A stretch of 64,000 nucleotides of DNA from Takakia lepidozioides (taxonomy: Eukaryota; Plantae; Bryophyta): assembly GCA_030704615.1 (NCBI GenBank), contig CM060732.1, forward strand, positions 12,958,001 to 13,022,000, read 5' to 3'. Each line of letters starts with the position of its first letter. Position 1 is the first letter of the stretch. Positions 11,653 to 23,977 of this stretch are shown piece by piece. Made by a program: the position numbers and the translations under genes. The notes under the pieces are model-generated. The model worked only from the letters and a program-made list of their open reading frames with translations, ran no database searches and was not told where the DNA came from.

Positions 11653-12959
11653 ATGCACTTCGTGCTTTGAAAAGCGTTTTGTACCATTAAGCAAAATAAA
11701 ATGAGCAGATTGAGCAAATTGAGCAGTAGCTCAAATTTTTGACTAGGATTTTGAAGTTTCTTTTGAATGTTGGTTCATGTTTCTTTCTGCTTTGAATGAC
11801 TTCCATCTATGGAGGTCTCTTGTTTTCTATCTTGCAGTTCTCTTGTGTATGAAGTTAATTTTTTGCTTCATGTCTGGAAGGTTTATTTCGTATGAAGGTT
11901 TTTTGTTTCTGTTTCTAAAGCTTTTTCGTTTATAAGCATTTGTTGATACTCCCTGGTGCTGCCAGATAACCAGCTTCCTGGCAGTATTAAGGTGGTACTG
12001 CATGAATGCCTTTGTAGCAGACAGATTTAATTCTCATACTGATTTAGATAGTTGTTGGTGTTTGGAGAGCAAGAAATACCTTCTGCCAAGCGTGCGGAAT
12101 GAACAGACCTAATGTAAGTATAGTTAGACTCTTCTCACCTTCTCACTGGTCACTGTGGCTTTAAACACATGCCCTAGTCCCTACTTCAAACTTCCCTTCT
12201 CGGATTGGGTTGAGAAGTTTGCAGGCATATGTGCGGGAGGCTTGCTCTCTGCAAGTGTGTAGTAGAGTGTGATACCAGATTTTGTACAGTTTCTCCTTCC
12301 GATTTCCTTCAAAGCTTGCATTATAACTGGAGGGTTTCAAATTTTCCTGGGAAGTGACAATTGGTATGGAGCTTTCTGAGCAAGATGACATGTCAGCAGC
12401 ACAAATTCTTTCTATCCTTGCATGCAATGTGTTAACATCATCTTCTTTTTTAAGGGCGACATTTCAGATTACCCTTATGTGAAGGGCAAAAAGCGTTGTG
12501 TGAAGGGTGAAGGGTAATCTGCCCTTTCTTATATCCCATGGTGCTTTGTGACAGTACAAAGCACTCAGACTTTGATTCTGCATAGACTTGCTTGCACAAT
12601 TCAAACTATTGATGAGGTGTTTGGTTGGAAACTGAAGCATTTGCACGTTCTCAATGAATAAGAAATGTTTGGATATGCCATGCTTCATCCCTGAGATACT
12701 ATGTCAACACTCATCAATCTTCCAATGTCTTTTGAACTGGACTAATATCATTGAATGTTACAAACGATTGCCAAAGGGTCATCTAAATCTGAAACCCCTG
12801 CCAGGCTCAATTGCAGGATGAGGACACTACAAAGCTAAAAGTATCCTTGTGCACATCTCTCCAATTTTGATATGAACATTCTACAACCATCCAACACCCC
12901 CTCTCCCCTGATAACATCCTGGGATTATGAATGTCTGGAAATGAATATCAGTGTACTGC

Positions 12960-13886
<927 letters not shown>

Positions 13887-13931
13887 CTAGAATGTCTGCG
13901 AAGAGATCTTGGCACCGTCCACTCTGGTACA

Positions 13932-14022
13932 CACTTATCACTTATCGTCCATTCGGGCGCTTATCATGACTGTAGCCCTTTTTATCATTCAGCCACGCAG
14001 CTGATGCACTACCACTTATCAT
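13932..14022 (-). promoter_or_regulatory. Cluster of GATAAG (I-box/GATA) motifs upstream of the SDR gene
   Basis: CTTATC four times plus TTTATC once within about 90 bp, 200-290 bp upstream of the ATG, all in the same orientation. Confidence 0.5.
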
Positions 14023-16167
14023 TCGTAAAGCGCCTGAACGGACGATTGTTCTCATCCGTTTCACAAGTGCCGGTGTAACTTACCTGGACTTGGATGGATG
14101 ACCGGAACAACAAGCACCGACCGGTCTAGAGGGCGGCGAGTACCGTGGGATGCACGTGTCGGTGACCGACGTGGGCGGTCAGTCTCGTCGTCTTGTGAGC
14201 GGAGGTGCGTGCAGACGAAGCCAGCAGAGAGCCGACATATGCATCGTGTCGCTCTCCCGTCTGCTCTCTAGATTTTTGGTGTGCGAGTGTTAGGTTAAAC
14301 TACAGCTATGAACTCTCTGAAGCTGATCGAAGTCTTTAGCATGGATTATAGAGATTCTTGCTGCAGCAAAGGATTGTATTGCGCAATCCCCTCGAGGAAG
14401 AAACCTGTGTGCACGTAGGTCTGGATCCTGTCTGGACGGCTCAAATTCGAGCTTTCCATTCTCGATTTCGTCCCAACATAGCTATTTGAAAGTACTGTGT
14501 CAATAATCCTCCGGTGCAGGCTTCACTTCAGCCATTCCAGTTGTGGACCTGCCACGGCTGCGGGTCGAGGCAATTTGAATATAGTAGTCAGGTCATGACT
14601 TTGAAATACAACAAGGTTGTTGTGGACCTGTCTCTTCAGACGTCACGGTTGTTACTGTAGCCTTGACATCCATTTGAGGAGGCATATATATTGCTTTCAT
14701 CGCAGAGATAGCCTGAGCCAAATTTTACACCGGAACAGAAGAAACCCTCCTGAAGGGTAAGCTGTTAGGTTATTTGAATTATTCCCTGCAATTTCATCGA
14801 GCTTCGAGCTTAATCGAGCTATATGAAAGGCTGTTTCCCATAGCAGGTTGCTAGTTGCTACCAGTTTAAAGTCTGTGACTAAATTAATCTTGGCTGATAA
14901 AAACGATTGCTCGAAGTGATCCAGAAAGTTTGAGAGGCCCAAACTCCGGCCTTGGCCAGGGCACACTACGAGGAATATGATATCTCGTCACCCAGCAGTG
15001 CTTCGAGTACCAGCTTCAGAAGCACCTTCAGATCCCTGCGTATTATTTTATCTTCGTTGAAGAAACATCTGAAAGTGAGGCCGGTTTTAAGGATATGGAC
15101 TGTCCAGTTATGTCCAGATATCCAGTAATTGTTTGAAGTCGCATAGCTACCTTCATCCAATGGCTCCCTTATTCTTCCCTTCCTGTAAAAATCCTGAATT
15201 TTGAGAATCCTAATCCTGAATTCACTTATTGTCATGCCTTTCCCCCAGTTCATAAAAAACAGTCCAGGGACGTATTAAGTATTTAACTTGTTTGATTGAG
15301 GGGAGGCTGTGATTGATGTGGTTGACAACCGGTAGGGTACATCAGCATCCAAATCGAGTTGGGGCACTGTGATATTACCCCCCTGATATCATGTGGGAAA
15401 TATCGAAATATCCTATGCATGACCCTCTATAGAAAGAAGAACATTCAAATTGTTATTCCCGCCACTACCACTCTTACGCATACACAGATTCCAATTGGAA
15501 TGGCTGCCAGGCTCCACTGGAATGGTGGTGCAATGATAATTCGTTTTCCAGGCTGTGAAGCGGCTTTGCAGGACGATGGAGCTCCAAGCACTGGATAATT
15601 TGTAACTAGTGAGCACTAATTTGTCGGCATATGCGTGGCTCTGGGTAGCCTAGTTACGCAACCGTACAGTCTCAAGGCATCATTACTTAATATATTTCGA
15701 TTTGGGCTGAGACCTCTAGAGCAAACTTCGACGGAGAGAGAGAGAGCACGCGGTGTGCATAAGTCTTACAAAGGGGCCCAATGCTTAACAGTTGCATCGG
15801 AAAGCTAGTGCTGGGGCCTGACTTGTGCAGACGATGGCATCGAGTAAGGGCCCACTTGACTGTGGTCCAACACCCACGACCAACTCAAAATGCAAGGATT
15901 ATTGGTCGATGGCATTTTCTTGGTCATATTGGCTTTACACTAGGGACCACTACCAACAAAGTTAGGAATGACATGGCTTCGCGTTGATTATGGCTTGTTG
16001 GTCTACGGACCAAGAAAGGACAACTCTTGGACACTGGACTAACTATGGAAACATTAAACTATAAATTTTTCAGATGATCCTGGCCGTTTGTGAGAATCAA
16101 TCTTCAATGTCCAGTGGGGAAGATGAACGCCATGTGGAAGTGTTGTGCGGGGAGAGCCTTTGTTTAA

Positions 16168-16640
16168 CCCCTAAACGATGAACCGACCCGCATCGGGTCG
16201 GCCCGATTTTACATCCATCTGTAGCATGCACGGATGAAGTCCTATGAACGAACGGCTTGAACAAAAAATGTAGCGCGGAACGAGTTGCACGCAGGTCTTT
16301 ATGGCACCCCCAACGGAGAAAAACTCAGCCGTCGAATGTTTTGAATTTTGGAAATTGCAGGATTTTGGGTGGGGGGCCACGGCAGTTGACCGTCGACGTG
16401 GCAGGTGGTAGCGGGTAGGGGGGTGGGATTTTACGGCAGAGCATGCTGGGGTTGGAGTCGGGTGCTTGTGAGGCCCTCCCCAAAATGCCGAGGAACATAG
16501 GGACAGCTCGAATGAGCTGGCCCTGGCAAACAATGGGGAACCTCGACGTGGCCCGGAAAACGTAGCCGGATTCAGGTGAAATCCCGGCCACCGATTGCCT
16601 AACTTGGAGGAGGCCGGAAATTTCACAAAATCCCACATCC
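16168..16640 (+). mobile_element. Left end of a TTAA-CCC (piggyBac-like) DNA element, truncated
   Basis: TTAA (16164-16167) followed by CCCCTAAACGA, resembling the TIR of the element at 43113-44467. Subterminal hairpin CCGACCCGCATCGGGTCGG. No right end found. Confidence 0.4.
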
Positions 16641-16971
16641 CAAATGCAATTTAGGGAATTTTTGGGAAATTCTTAGGCAGGCTTGTGTAATTCTTGGCCT
16701 ATGAGGGATTGACTGTTGGAATTCCCAATTGAAGGAGAATTTGGGGTCCCAATGGGGCCTATACCATTTCCGTTGCAAATTCTCTTTTTGGACCCCCATT
16801 CCACTCATATACAAAGCACCCCCCCTTCATTTTGGCAGATTGGGGTGAAATTTGGTGTGAGGGTTTGGGATTGTGCACTTCACAGGATTATAGCACTTTT
16901 TGTCCCAGGAAAATTTGGGATCATGGATAATGTGCTTGGTCAAACATGAACTGGGTAATTGCTGGAAAATA

Positions 16972-17567
16972 TTAGCGGGTTCACGGGTTCACGGGTTCGG
17001 ATCCGGGTCTTAATCCAATGGTGGATTTTATAATAAGACATATTCCTTCTAAATGTACCATGAATATGTATGGCTCATTTATAAACCACATGCATGATGA
17101 GACAAGAATTAAAATAGAATTTGAGTTCCATTTTTCAATATCACTTCTTCTGCATTTTTAGGTGGACCCTATATGCCCCACCCTAAACAAACAAAGGGAG
17201 AGAGCCAACAAAAAACCAAATTGCAAGGAGAGGATGAGTAGTAGCTGCGATGAGCTGATCCAAGGAGGGAGCCTCACGGAGGAGAGGCTACTCCCAAGGT
17301 CTCCGCGCAAGTACTAGGTAAGTATCGCATTCTACTTATACATATATTAAAATTAAAACCTGGATCCTCCACCTGCTACATTGGCCCGCGGGTAGCGGGT
17401 TTCTGGACCTAGTAGGCGGGGACTCGGGACCTAGGGTCTGAGTCAGGTCGGGGGGTCCATTTTAGAAATGAACCTAGGTCAGGGTCCGGGTGGTTATGAC
17501 ATGGGTCTGGGTACGGGTCCTGACCCACCCGGCACCTGGGGTCAAAACCCGGACCCGTGTAACGCTG
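16972..17567. mobile_element. hAT-like non-autonomous element with ACCCG/CGGGT subterminal repeats
   Basis: CGGGTT/CGGGTC arrays on the left, GACCC/ACCCG arrays on the right, ending CCCGTGTAACGCTG. TSD not identified. Confidence 0.5.
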
Positions 17568-17852
17568 GCTGCTACACCTCATTTTAAGTTTCTTGGTCTT
17601 GGTCCCAAGGCTTTTACACACACCCACTTTGGTCCCTAGGATATTTATGTTCTAATATGCATCTAGGGACCAATATCTGAAGGAATTTGAAGCAAATTGG
17701 TCCAGAGGTTTCTTGGTCTTGGTCCCTAGTCTAAAGTGGCCCTAAATATATCCCGGATAAGGAATGGCAGCTGTACCAGGCGGCTAAAACCATCACGTTT
17801 CTTATGTAGTCTCTTTCAGGACTTTGTAAATGGGACGTCTTTTGAAATATCC

Positions 17853-17903
17853 ACCACCAGTCGGTAGCTCAGTTGGATAGAGCACTGAGTGCCACCCAGG
17901 TGA
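17853..17903 (+). mobile_element. 5' fragment of a tRNA-derived SINE (same family as 21312)
   Basis: ACCACCAGTCGGTAGCTCAGTTGG...GCACTGAGTGCCA matches the head of the 21312 SINE. Box A is present; box B and tail are missing. Confidence 0.75.
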
Positions 17904-18335
17904 AGTAGATCAGACACTAGAAAAGAAGGTGGGTCAGAAAGGCGAGCTGAAGGAGTCTTGTGTCGTTACATTCTAAGCCGCTCACTTGTATATGTACAAA
18001 GTAAGTAGCATGTTTCTTGTTTCTTCCTCCCTTGTACATCTCTAAACCAAGGCAAGGTCTCCACAGCCGTCACCACAATATCATGAACATGCTACCAACA
18101 CGTACCCGTCCATGGTCTTCAGGGACGTGCACGCAAGCCCGCTCCTGGGGGCTTCCCCCAATGGATTCATCCTATAAATCTATTACCACCCTCCATTATT
18201 TGGATTCACACCGCACTATCACGCAGACCCTACTTTTGACTTGCTCTCCTCCTCTAACGGATGGCTCACGCAAGCAATCAGCAACACGCCACGGCTCACC
18301 TACCCTCTCCTTTACCCACGACCCTACGTCCACAC

Positions 18336-18726
18336 CAGTGTTGGGCAGTTATTTGATTTTTCATAAACTGCGGTTCCGGTGCTTGAAATTTTAGGAAACT
18401 CTTAACCTGCGGTTGTGGTTATTAAATATTTTATGGCTAGATATAACCTGCGGTTGCAAAAACCTCAAATAATCGACGGTTGCCATCAAATAACCACAAA
18501 TATTGAGCGGTTCTTTAGAAGGTTCTTTGCTCGGTAATTAACCACAGATATTGGGCGGTTCTTTAAAAGGTTCTTTGCTCGGTTATTTGAATGCTTGATC
18601 TCTGCCAGTTCCTAACTGAACCAGTTACTTCATTTTTTCACCTTTGCCGGTCATATATATATATATATAACCGGATAGTTAACCGCCCGGGTATCAAAGA
18701 GATATTTAAATAACCACCCACCACTG
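18336..18726. mobile_element. hAT-family MITE
   Basis: TIRs CAGTGTTGGGCAGTTATTT / AAATAACCACCCACCACTG. 8-bp TSD GTCCACAC/GTCCGCAC (1 mismatch). AACC/GGTT subterminal repeats. Confidence 0.85.
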
Positions 18727-18905
18727 GTCCGCACGCTGCCCTCCACAAAATCTGCGACCACACTCCACGCGACACGCTCTGCCGCTGCCGCGCCCCGTCA
18801 CTAAAACTGCCGTCCCCGAGATGCCGTGTCATCCATCCAGGGCCACAGAGAGGAGTCCCTCGTTTTTTAAAGAAAGCACCAAAAAATGTGGGCCAAATCG
18901 GAACA

Positions 18906-19848
18906 CACTAGACATAGGATGGGAGTTGAATGCGCATGTGCCAGCATGCCGGTCGCCGAGGCTTGCCGGAGCGCCCTTGGCGGGCCCGCAGTCAAATCCC
19001 CACCCCGCTCCCCCGAGTCGTGCCGTTATTGCCTGTCTAATAGTACAAAACATTAAAAAAACGAGTTGTGGCAAGGAAGCGGTGGGTAGCTTGGTGGCAG
19101 GGTGTATAGATCATTATTGTGGGGGTGCTGGGTTTGAACTACACCCATGGCGTGATGGAAATTGTATGTTTAAGAATTTGACGAACGCATCAGTAGTCTT
19201 TTGCATCTCCAAAATTTTTCTAAGCCCCTCAAGTTGATCTCCGCTCCCCTATTCCCAATTGCTGCTCCCCTGTTCCCCGCTCCCCTGTGTTTGTCTGCCG
19301 CTCCCCTGTTTCCCCCTGTGTGTCCGCCGCTCCCCTATTCTCCTGGCTCCTCTGTGTGTCCGCCGCTCCCCCGTGTTACTACTCCCCCGTGTTACTACTC
19401 CTGGCTCCCTTGTGCTATTTCTCCCCTGTTTTACTGCTTCGCCGCTCCAATAACAGGGGAGCGGAGGAGAGGGGAGCAATAACAGGGGAGCAGGGAGCAA
19501 TAGCAGGGGAGCGGAGAACAGAGGAGCAGAGGAGCGGGGAGCAATAACAGATGAGCAGAGGAGTGGGGAACAGGGGATTGGCGGAGCGGGAACAATAGAG
19601 CGCCGCAGTGGGAACATGGAGCGCGGGACCCTCGGTGGGGCGTGAACCATACTCAAGGGAAGTGGGGGTGGGGATTTGACCGCAGTGGGAATATGGAGCG
19701 CGGGACCCTCGGTGGGGCATGAACCATACTCAAGGGAAGTCGGGGTGGGGATTTGACTGCAGGCCCACGTGGGCCCTCCGGTTAGCTCCGGGGGATCGTA
19801 CCGGCAAGCCTCCTATACGCGCATTCAATTCCCATCCTATGTCTAGTG
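18906..19848. mobile_element. Non-autonomous CACTA-ended foldback element
   Basis: 29-bp TIRs CACTAGACATAGGATGGGAGTTGAATGCG / CGCATTCAATTCCCATCCTATGTCTAGTG (1 mismatch), with nested internal inverted repeats. No clean 3-bp TSD. Confidence 0.8.
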
Positions 19849-20747
19849 TAAACCACAAAAAACAGGGGCAAAAAAAAAAAGAGCTGGTGGTGCCAGAAAG
19901 CACCTGGGGAACCCACCCTTTTCGCTAGGGAATGGGGGAGCATGGCGCCCTAAATCCAGGGGCTGGCGCCCCATCACACCAGGGATCAGCACCTATATCG
20001 CCACGTGCACATATCTCCACCGTCCGATCTCCAGCCAGCAGCCATTGTGCAAATATATATGTAAGCATATTGAGCCAAATATTGCCATATTGCACCCTCC
20101 GATCGTCATATTGCACAATACATTGCATACCTGTAGCCAGGCGAATTCTAGGTGGACATTGTACATGTCGCCACCTCTGCACTAAGTCACAAAAACATTT
20201 TGCCACGTCCACGCCAAGGCAGAATGAAAAAAAAAGGGCTGCCACAGAGATGTGAACCGAGCAGTGGATGAGAAATATATGTCCACATCGCCAGTGGCCA
20301 CCCAACTCGACCAGGAAAACGACGGTTCCCGCCGCACTCGCGCTGGCGGCCGGCAACCGCGGTCCTGCCTTGTGGCACACCCGTGCCACGGAGTGAGAGC
20401 GTATCGAATCCGTTATGCGGCGCATTCACCACTTCCCATTTTAGATGGTAGATGAATGATAAAGTATGACATTTTTCTTGCTGTGAGGGATCCACGTAGG
20501 CTTCACATTGTCCTCCGAAACTTATACTGTAAATCACTTGGGATAAACACAGCGTTTCTTTTATTGGCGATTTATCACCAGATTCCGACCTTAAAAAATA
20601 AAATCGAATATTCTGCTGCAAATTCCTGGATGAAATCGCCAGACTTCTCCAAATAAAAATAAATTATGGATGAATTCACCAAATATGGATGATAAAGTAC
20701 AGATTTGGATGAGTTTCAATGGATGAACATAATTTATGGCTATTTCT

Positions 20748-21171
20748 TGTAAGACTCTGTAGCCACTCGTGCTGTTTCCAAATTCCTTAAGAGAAACCCT
20801 GGATAAACATTGGATAGATCATATATTAGTGGGCTCTGCCTTTGCAGAGCTCACTATTTACTAATTTAATTGGTAGTAAGTTAGTAGGTAGTAAGAAGGG
20901 GGCCTCCCTTATATACCCTGTCAAGGCGGTGGGACCCTTCTAGAAGCCTACCGACCCTGGACCCTTCTAAGAAGGCCCTGGACACACGTCAACCCTACAA
21001 GACTCCTTATTCTAAATTTGTCCAATTCCTCCCTTCTTGGACCCCTCATCTCATTCCTTAGTACACGTGGCTTTCCTACGGAAGCGCCCGCTCTAATTCC
21101 TGGACCACTCTAGAATCAGGGCCAGAATGAAACTGCTTTACATATAGACGAGACTGAATTTGTTTCTTACA
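20748..21171. mobile_element. Solo-LTR-like sequence
   Basis: TGTAAGA...TCTTACA ends and an internal TATA-like CCTTATATA. No TSD confirmed. Confidence 0.35.
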
Positions 21172-21311
21172 TTGAATAAAAGTGTAATCATGTGAAGGTG
21201 TTTCTATCACGGCCATCAACACCAATGGCCTGAAAAGTGTATGGTACATTCCACTTATTGTTAATTAGGTCCTTGCTTTAGAAACTAGTAATGACTCCTT
21301 TATTAAGAATA

Positions 21312-21546
21312 ACCAACAGTCAGTAGCTCAGTTGGTAAAGTGCACTGAGTGCCATCCGGATGACCCTGGGTCAAATCCTGCTACGTGACGGGTGTGGTAC
21401 GCTCTTCTCCCCCTTCCCTGCGCAGTGTCGCATCATAAAGCCTTAAGGCGAGGCTACTGAGAGGTTATTTTCTCCTCTCTCTATCAAGGGGCCGATTCGT
21501 GAGCTGTCGCTCCCAGGTGTTTCCCTTTAAAAAAAAGAAAAGAAAA
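21312..21546 (+). mobile_element. Full-length tRNA-derived SINE with A-rich tail
   Basis: Box A TAGCTCAGTTGG, box B GGGTCAAATCC (21368-21378), unique body and A-rich tail. Body motif GAGGTTATTTT recurs near 46050. Confidence 0.8.
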
Positions 21547-23950
21547 CTAGCGTGTAGTAAACTCACAAAGGGCAGCCGACCTCTTTAATGCAACCATGTG
21601 GCTACTAAACAAGAGGGAAAGAAAGATTTTTGCTATTTTTGCTTAGTGAAGTGCGGGGAGAGTTGACGTGGCCACTCCTCCACTGACAAGTGGCTACTAG
21701 CTACCTACACCCCTTGCCCTGTCCCAAAAACAAAATCGATTATGCCTGTTTTTGGTGGAGGGATGATTGATGGTAATATATTTCAGGGCGTGGAGTCCGT
21801 CCACGGATCAAACGATGGGAACGAGCGGGAGAGAAGCGTGGAGGGTGGAGAGAGTCACAGGTGCGAGGGGGACAAGGGGCGCAGGCAAAGGACCGACAAA
21901 GGATCCGGCAGAATCCCGAGCTGCGCGCGCGCCTGCAACACCGGGACAAGTACGTGACGTGGTCCGCCGCATGTGGGACATGGAGAGGGAACACGCGATG
22001 AATGAATGTGGACTGAGTTCATCCACCCTAGACGTAGGCCGGACGAATCCGTGACGGCGTCCTTTGCAGAGGACGAATCCGTCCGACGGACGGGATTCGC
22101 GCAGGTGTTCGCGCATGGGGGGCGGCCGGCATTGGCCCGGGCGGGCGCGGTGCCCGAGACCGGGCAACTCTGTGCCGCGGCAGGGCGTAGTGAAGAAGGG
22201 CGTGGGCCGCGGCAGGCCTTTAATACCGCGCATTGACCGCGCTGGCCCCGCCGAGCCCGCTCGGTATCCGCGCCGCCTGTCTTCCGTCCGCAGACAATCA
22301 TCCGTCGGAGCGGGGAAGGCTGAAGCTCATCTAACCTGTCGCTAGGAGTATGGTCCTTGGATGAATGATCTTCTGACCGCGGTCAGGCATATCAAGCGCT
22401 GCCCGGCCCCACGTGGGCGGAGGGTGAGGGAGGGAGGTGGGTGCGCGTAGGGTTCAGACCGCAGAGCTGCGTGATTGCCTCTTTGGCGCTGCCAGGTTTT
22501 GTTTGGGAGGGTGGAGGTGGGGGACCACTTTCTGGGGCAGAGCAGAGCGAGCTCTGCTCTTGCTCTGCTCCCGGCCGCTCTCTATCTCTAATTTAATTTG
22601 CGGATCGAGAGATGTGAAGGGAATCTAAGTGGGACAGTGGGGCCAGATTAGCTCTTGTGTCAGTTGATTGTTTCCTTCTGGTCCTGACCAGTTTGTACCT
22701 CCAAAGCTCTAACTATTCCTCGTTGTTTGAACCACCCTGCCTTAAATGCAGGCCTGTGCTAACTTATGATGAAATCATCATCTACAGGATACAATTCGGA
22801 AGGCGCCGACTCAGCTTAAGAGCCACTTTAAAAAAGAAAAAAAACGATCGTGTAGACTGGAGACTCAGTGCCAGTCTGCTATTGTGTTGGCTACTGTGAG
22901 GTATGGCTAAATAAATTCTGTACTCATACAGGGAGCAGAACATGGAGGACTATCGCTCACCGACAAGGTAGAGGGATCATCGGGGAGTTTGTTATCTGGA
23001 ATGATGCTTAAAAGTTCTCTGGAACAAGAGAAGTTTAATTACCTACACAGAGACCTGCGCCCAGCTACCGTTGTGCCAGAGAAAGGCCGGTGCCAGTCAC
23101 TAGTGTACTGTTGCTAACCACCGGTTCGATAGAGATGATTGTTGGGGGGGTGGGCAAGTGCCACCCTCAAGTGCAACGAAGATTATTGAGGGGACCACCC
23201 ATTCAAGCTTCTGACTTGAGCATCTGGAGGTGGGTTCTATTGCATCCCATCTATCTTGCACACAAGTAATTGCACTTGAAATGACTATGCACAGAAATGG
23301 GCAAAAGTGGCTGGCTTCTGCTAATGAGTTCAATCTTTAAAAGTTTTATCGACCGTGAACTCCATGGAATCAACGGCCGAATTTGTCAAGACAAGACCCC
23401 TTTGTGAAAAACCCAGCGAGACTGGGCATGCAGTAACGTTATCTCTGCGTCATGGAGTGACCATATCACGCGGCAGCTTTTTCCTTGGATCTCATTCCTC
23501 ACGTCACCCAGTGATGAGCCAGTCGAGATAAGTAGCAAGCATTCCATAGGCCTACCTATTGTCGACATTGTCTGGTTGGTGTTGAAGTTTGCACCACGGG
23601 CAACTTGTCTCCAAGCATGCAGCCATCATCATTTGATAATCCACATTATAGGATTCTTTCAGGCAAGCAACCGCTGCACTAGAGCTGCCTATGCACTACT
23701 GTGTCAGATCACATTGTATGTGGGGAGCTAATAGAAATAATAATGCTCCTCTGACTACGTGTGATACCAGACGCCACTCACAATCCACTGCTCAATTGCA
23801 TTCATCTCTTTACTGACTAACTCCAATGGACTTTGACTGCATGTACAGCAGTGATGAAGCCTTAAGGTCACAAGTCGCTCCTCTCACATACAAACCTTAG
23901 CTTCATTCAGCCAGCCATAAAAGATGCCTTCCGATAATGACTTTTTTGGG

Positions 23951-23977
23951 TCTTGACTCTTGACTCTTGACTCTTGA
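23951..23977 (+). repeat. (TCTTGAC)4 short tandem repeat
   Basis: Direct reading. Confidence 0.85.

Noticed and set aside
15728-15752. GAGAGAGAGCACGC resembling the 3' part of miR535
   Set aside because: The 5' seed does not match, no complementary arm is nearby, and it lies in a GA microsatellite.
17853-17903. Possible tRNA gene (GTAGCTCAGTTGGATAGAGC)
   Set aside because: No T-arm or acceptor stem, and it matches the head of the SINE at 21312.
19201-19720. Several Pro/Leu-rich ORFs
   Set aside because: Artefacts of the GC-rich minisatellite in the foldback element.
21740-22345. Overlapping ORFs on both strands
   Set aside because: GC-rich TE-like subterminal sequence (GACGAATCC repeats) depleted of stop codons, with no protein motifs.
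22817-22845. TAAGAGCCACTT shared with the structured insert near 61471
   Set aside because: Only 12 nt followed by an A-tract, with none of the other conserved linkers or stems.
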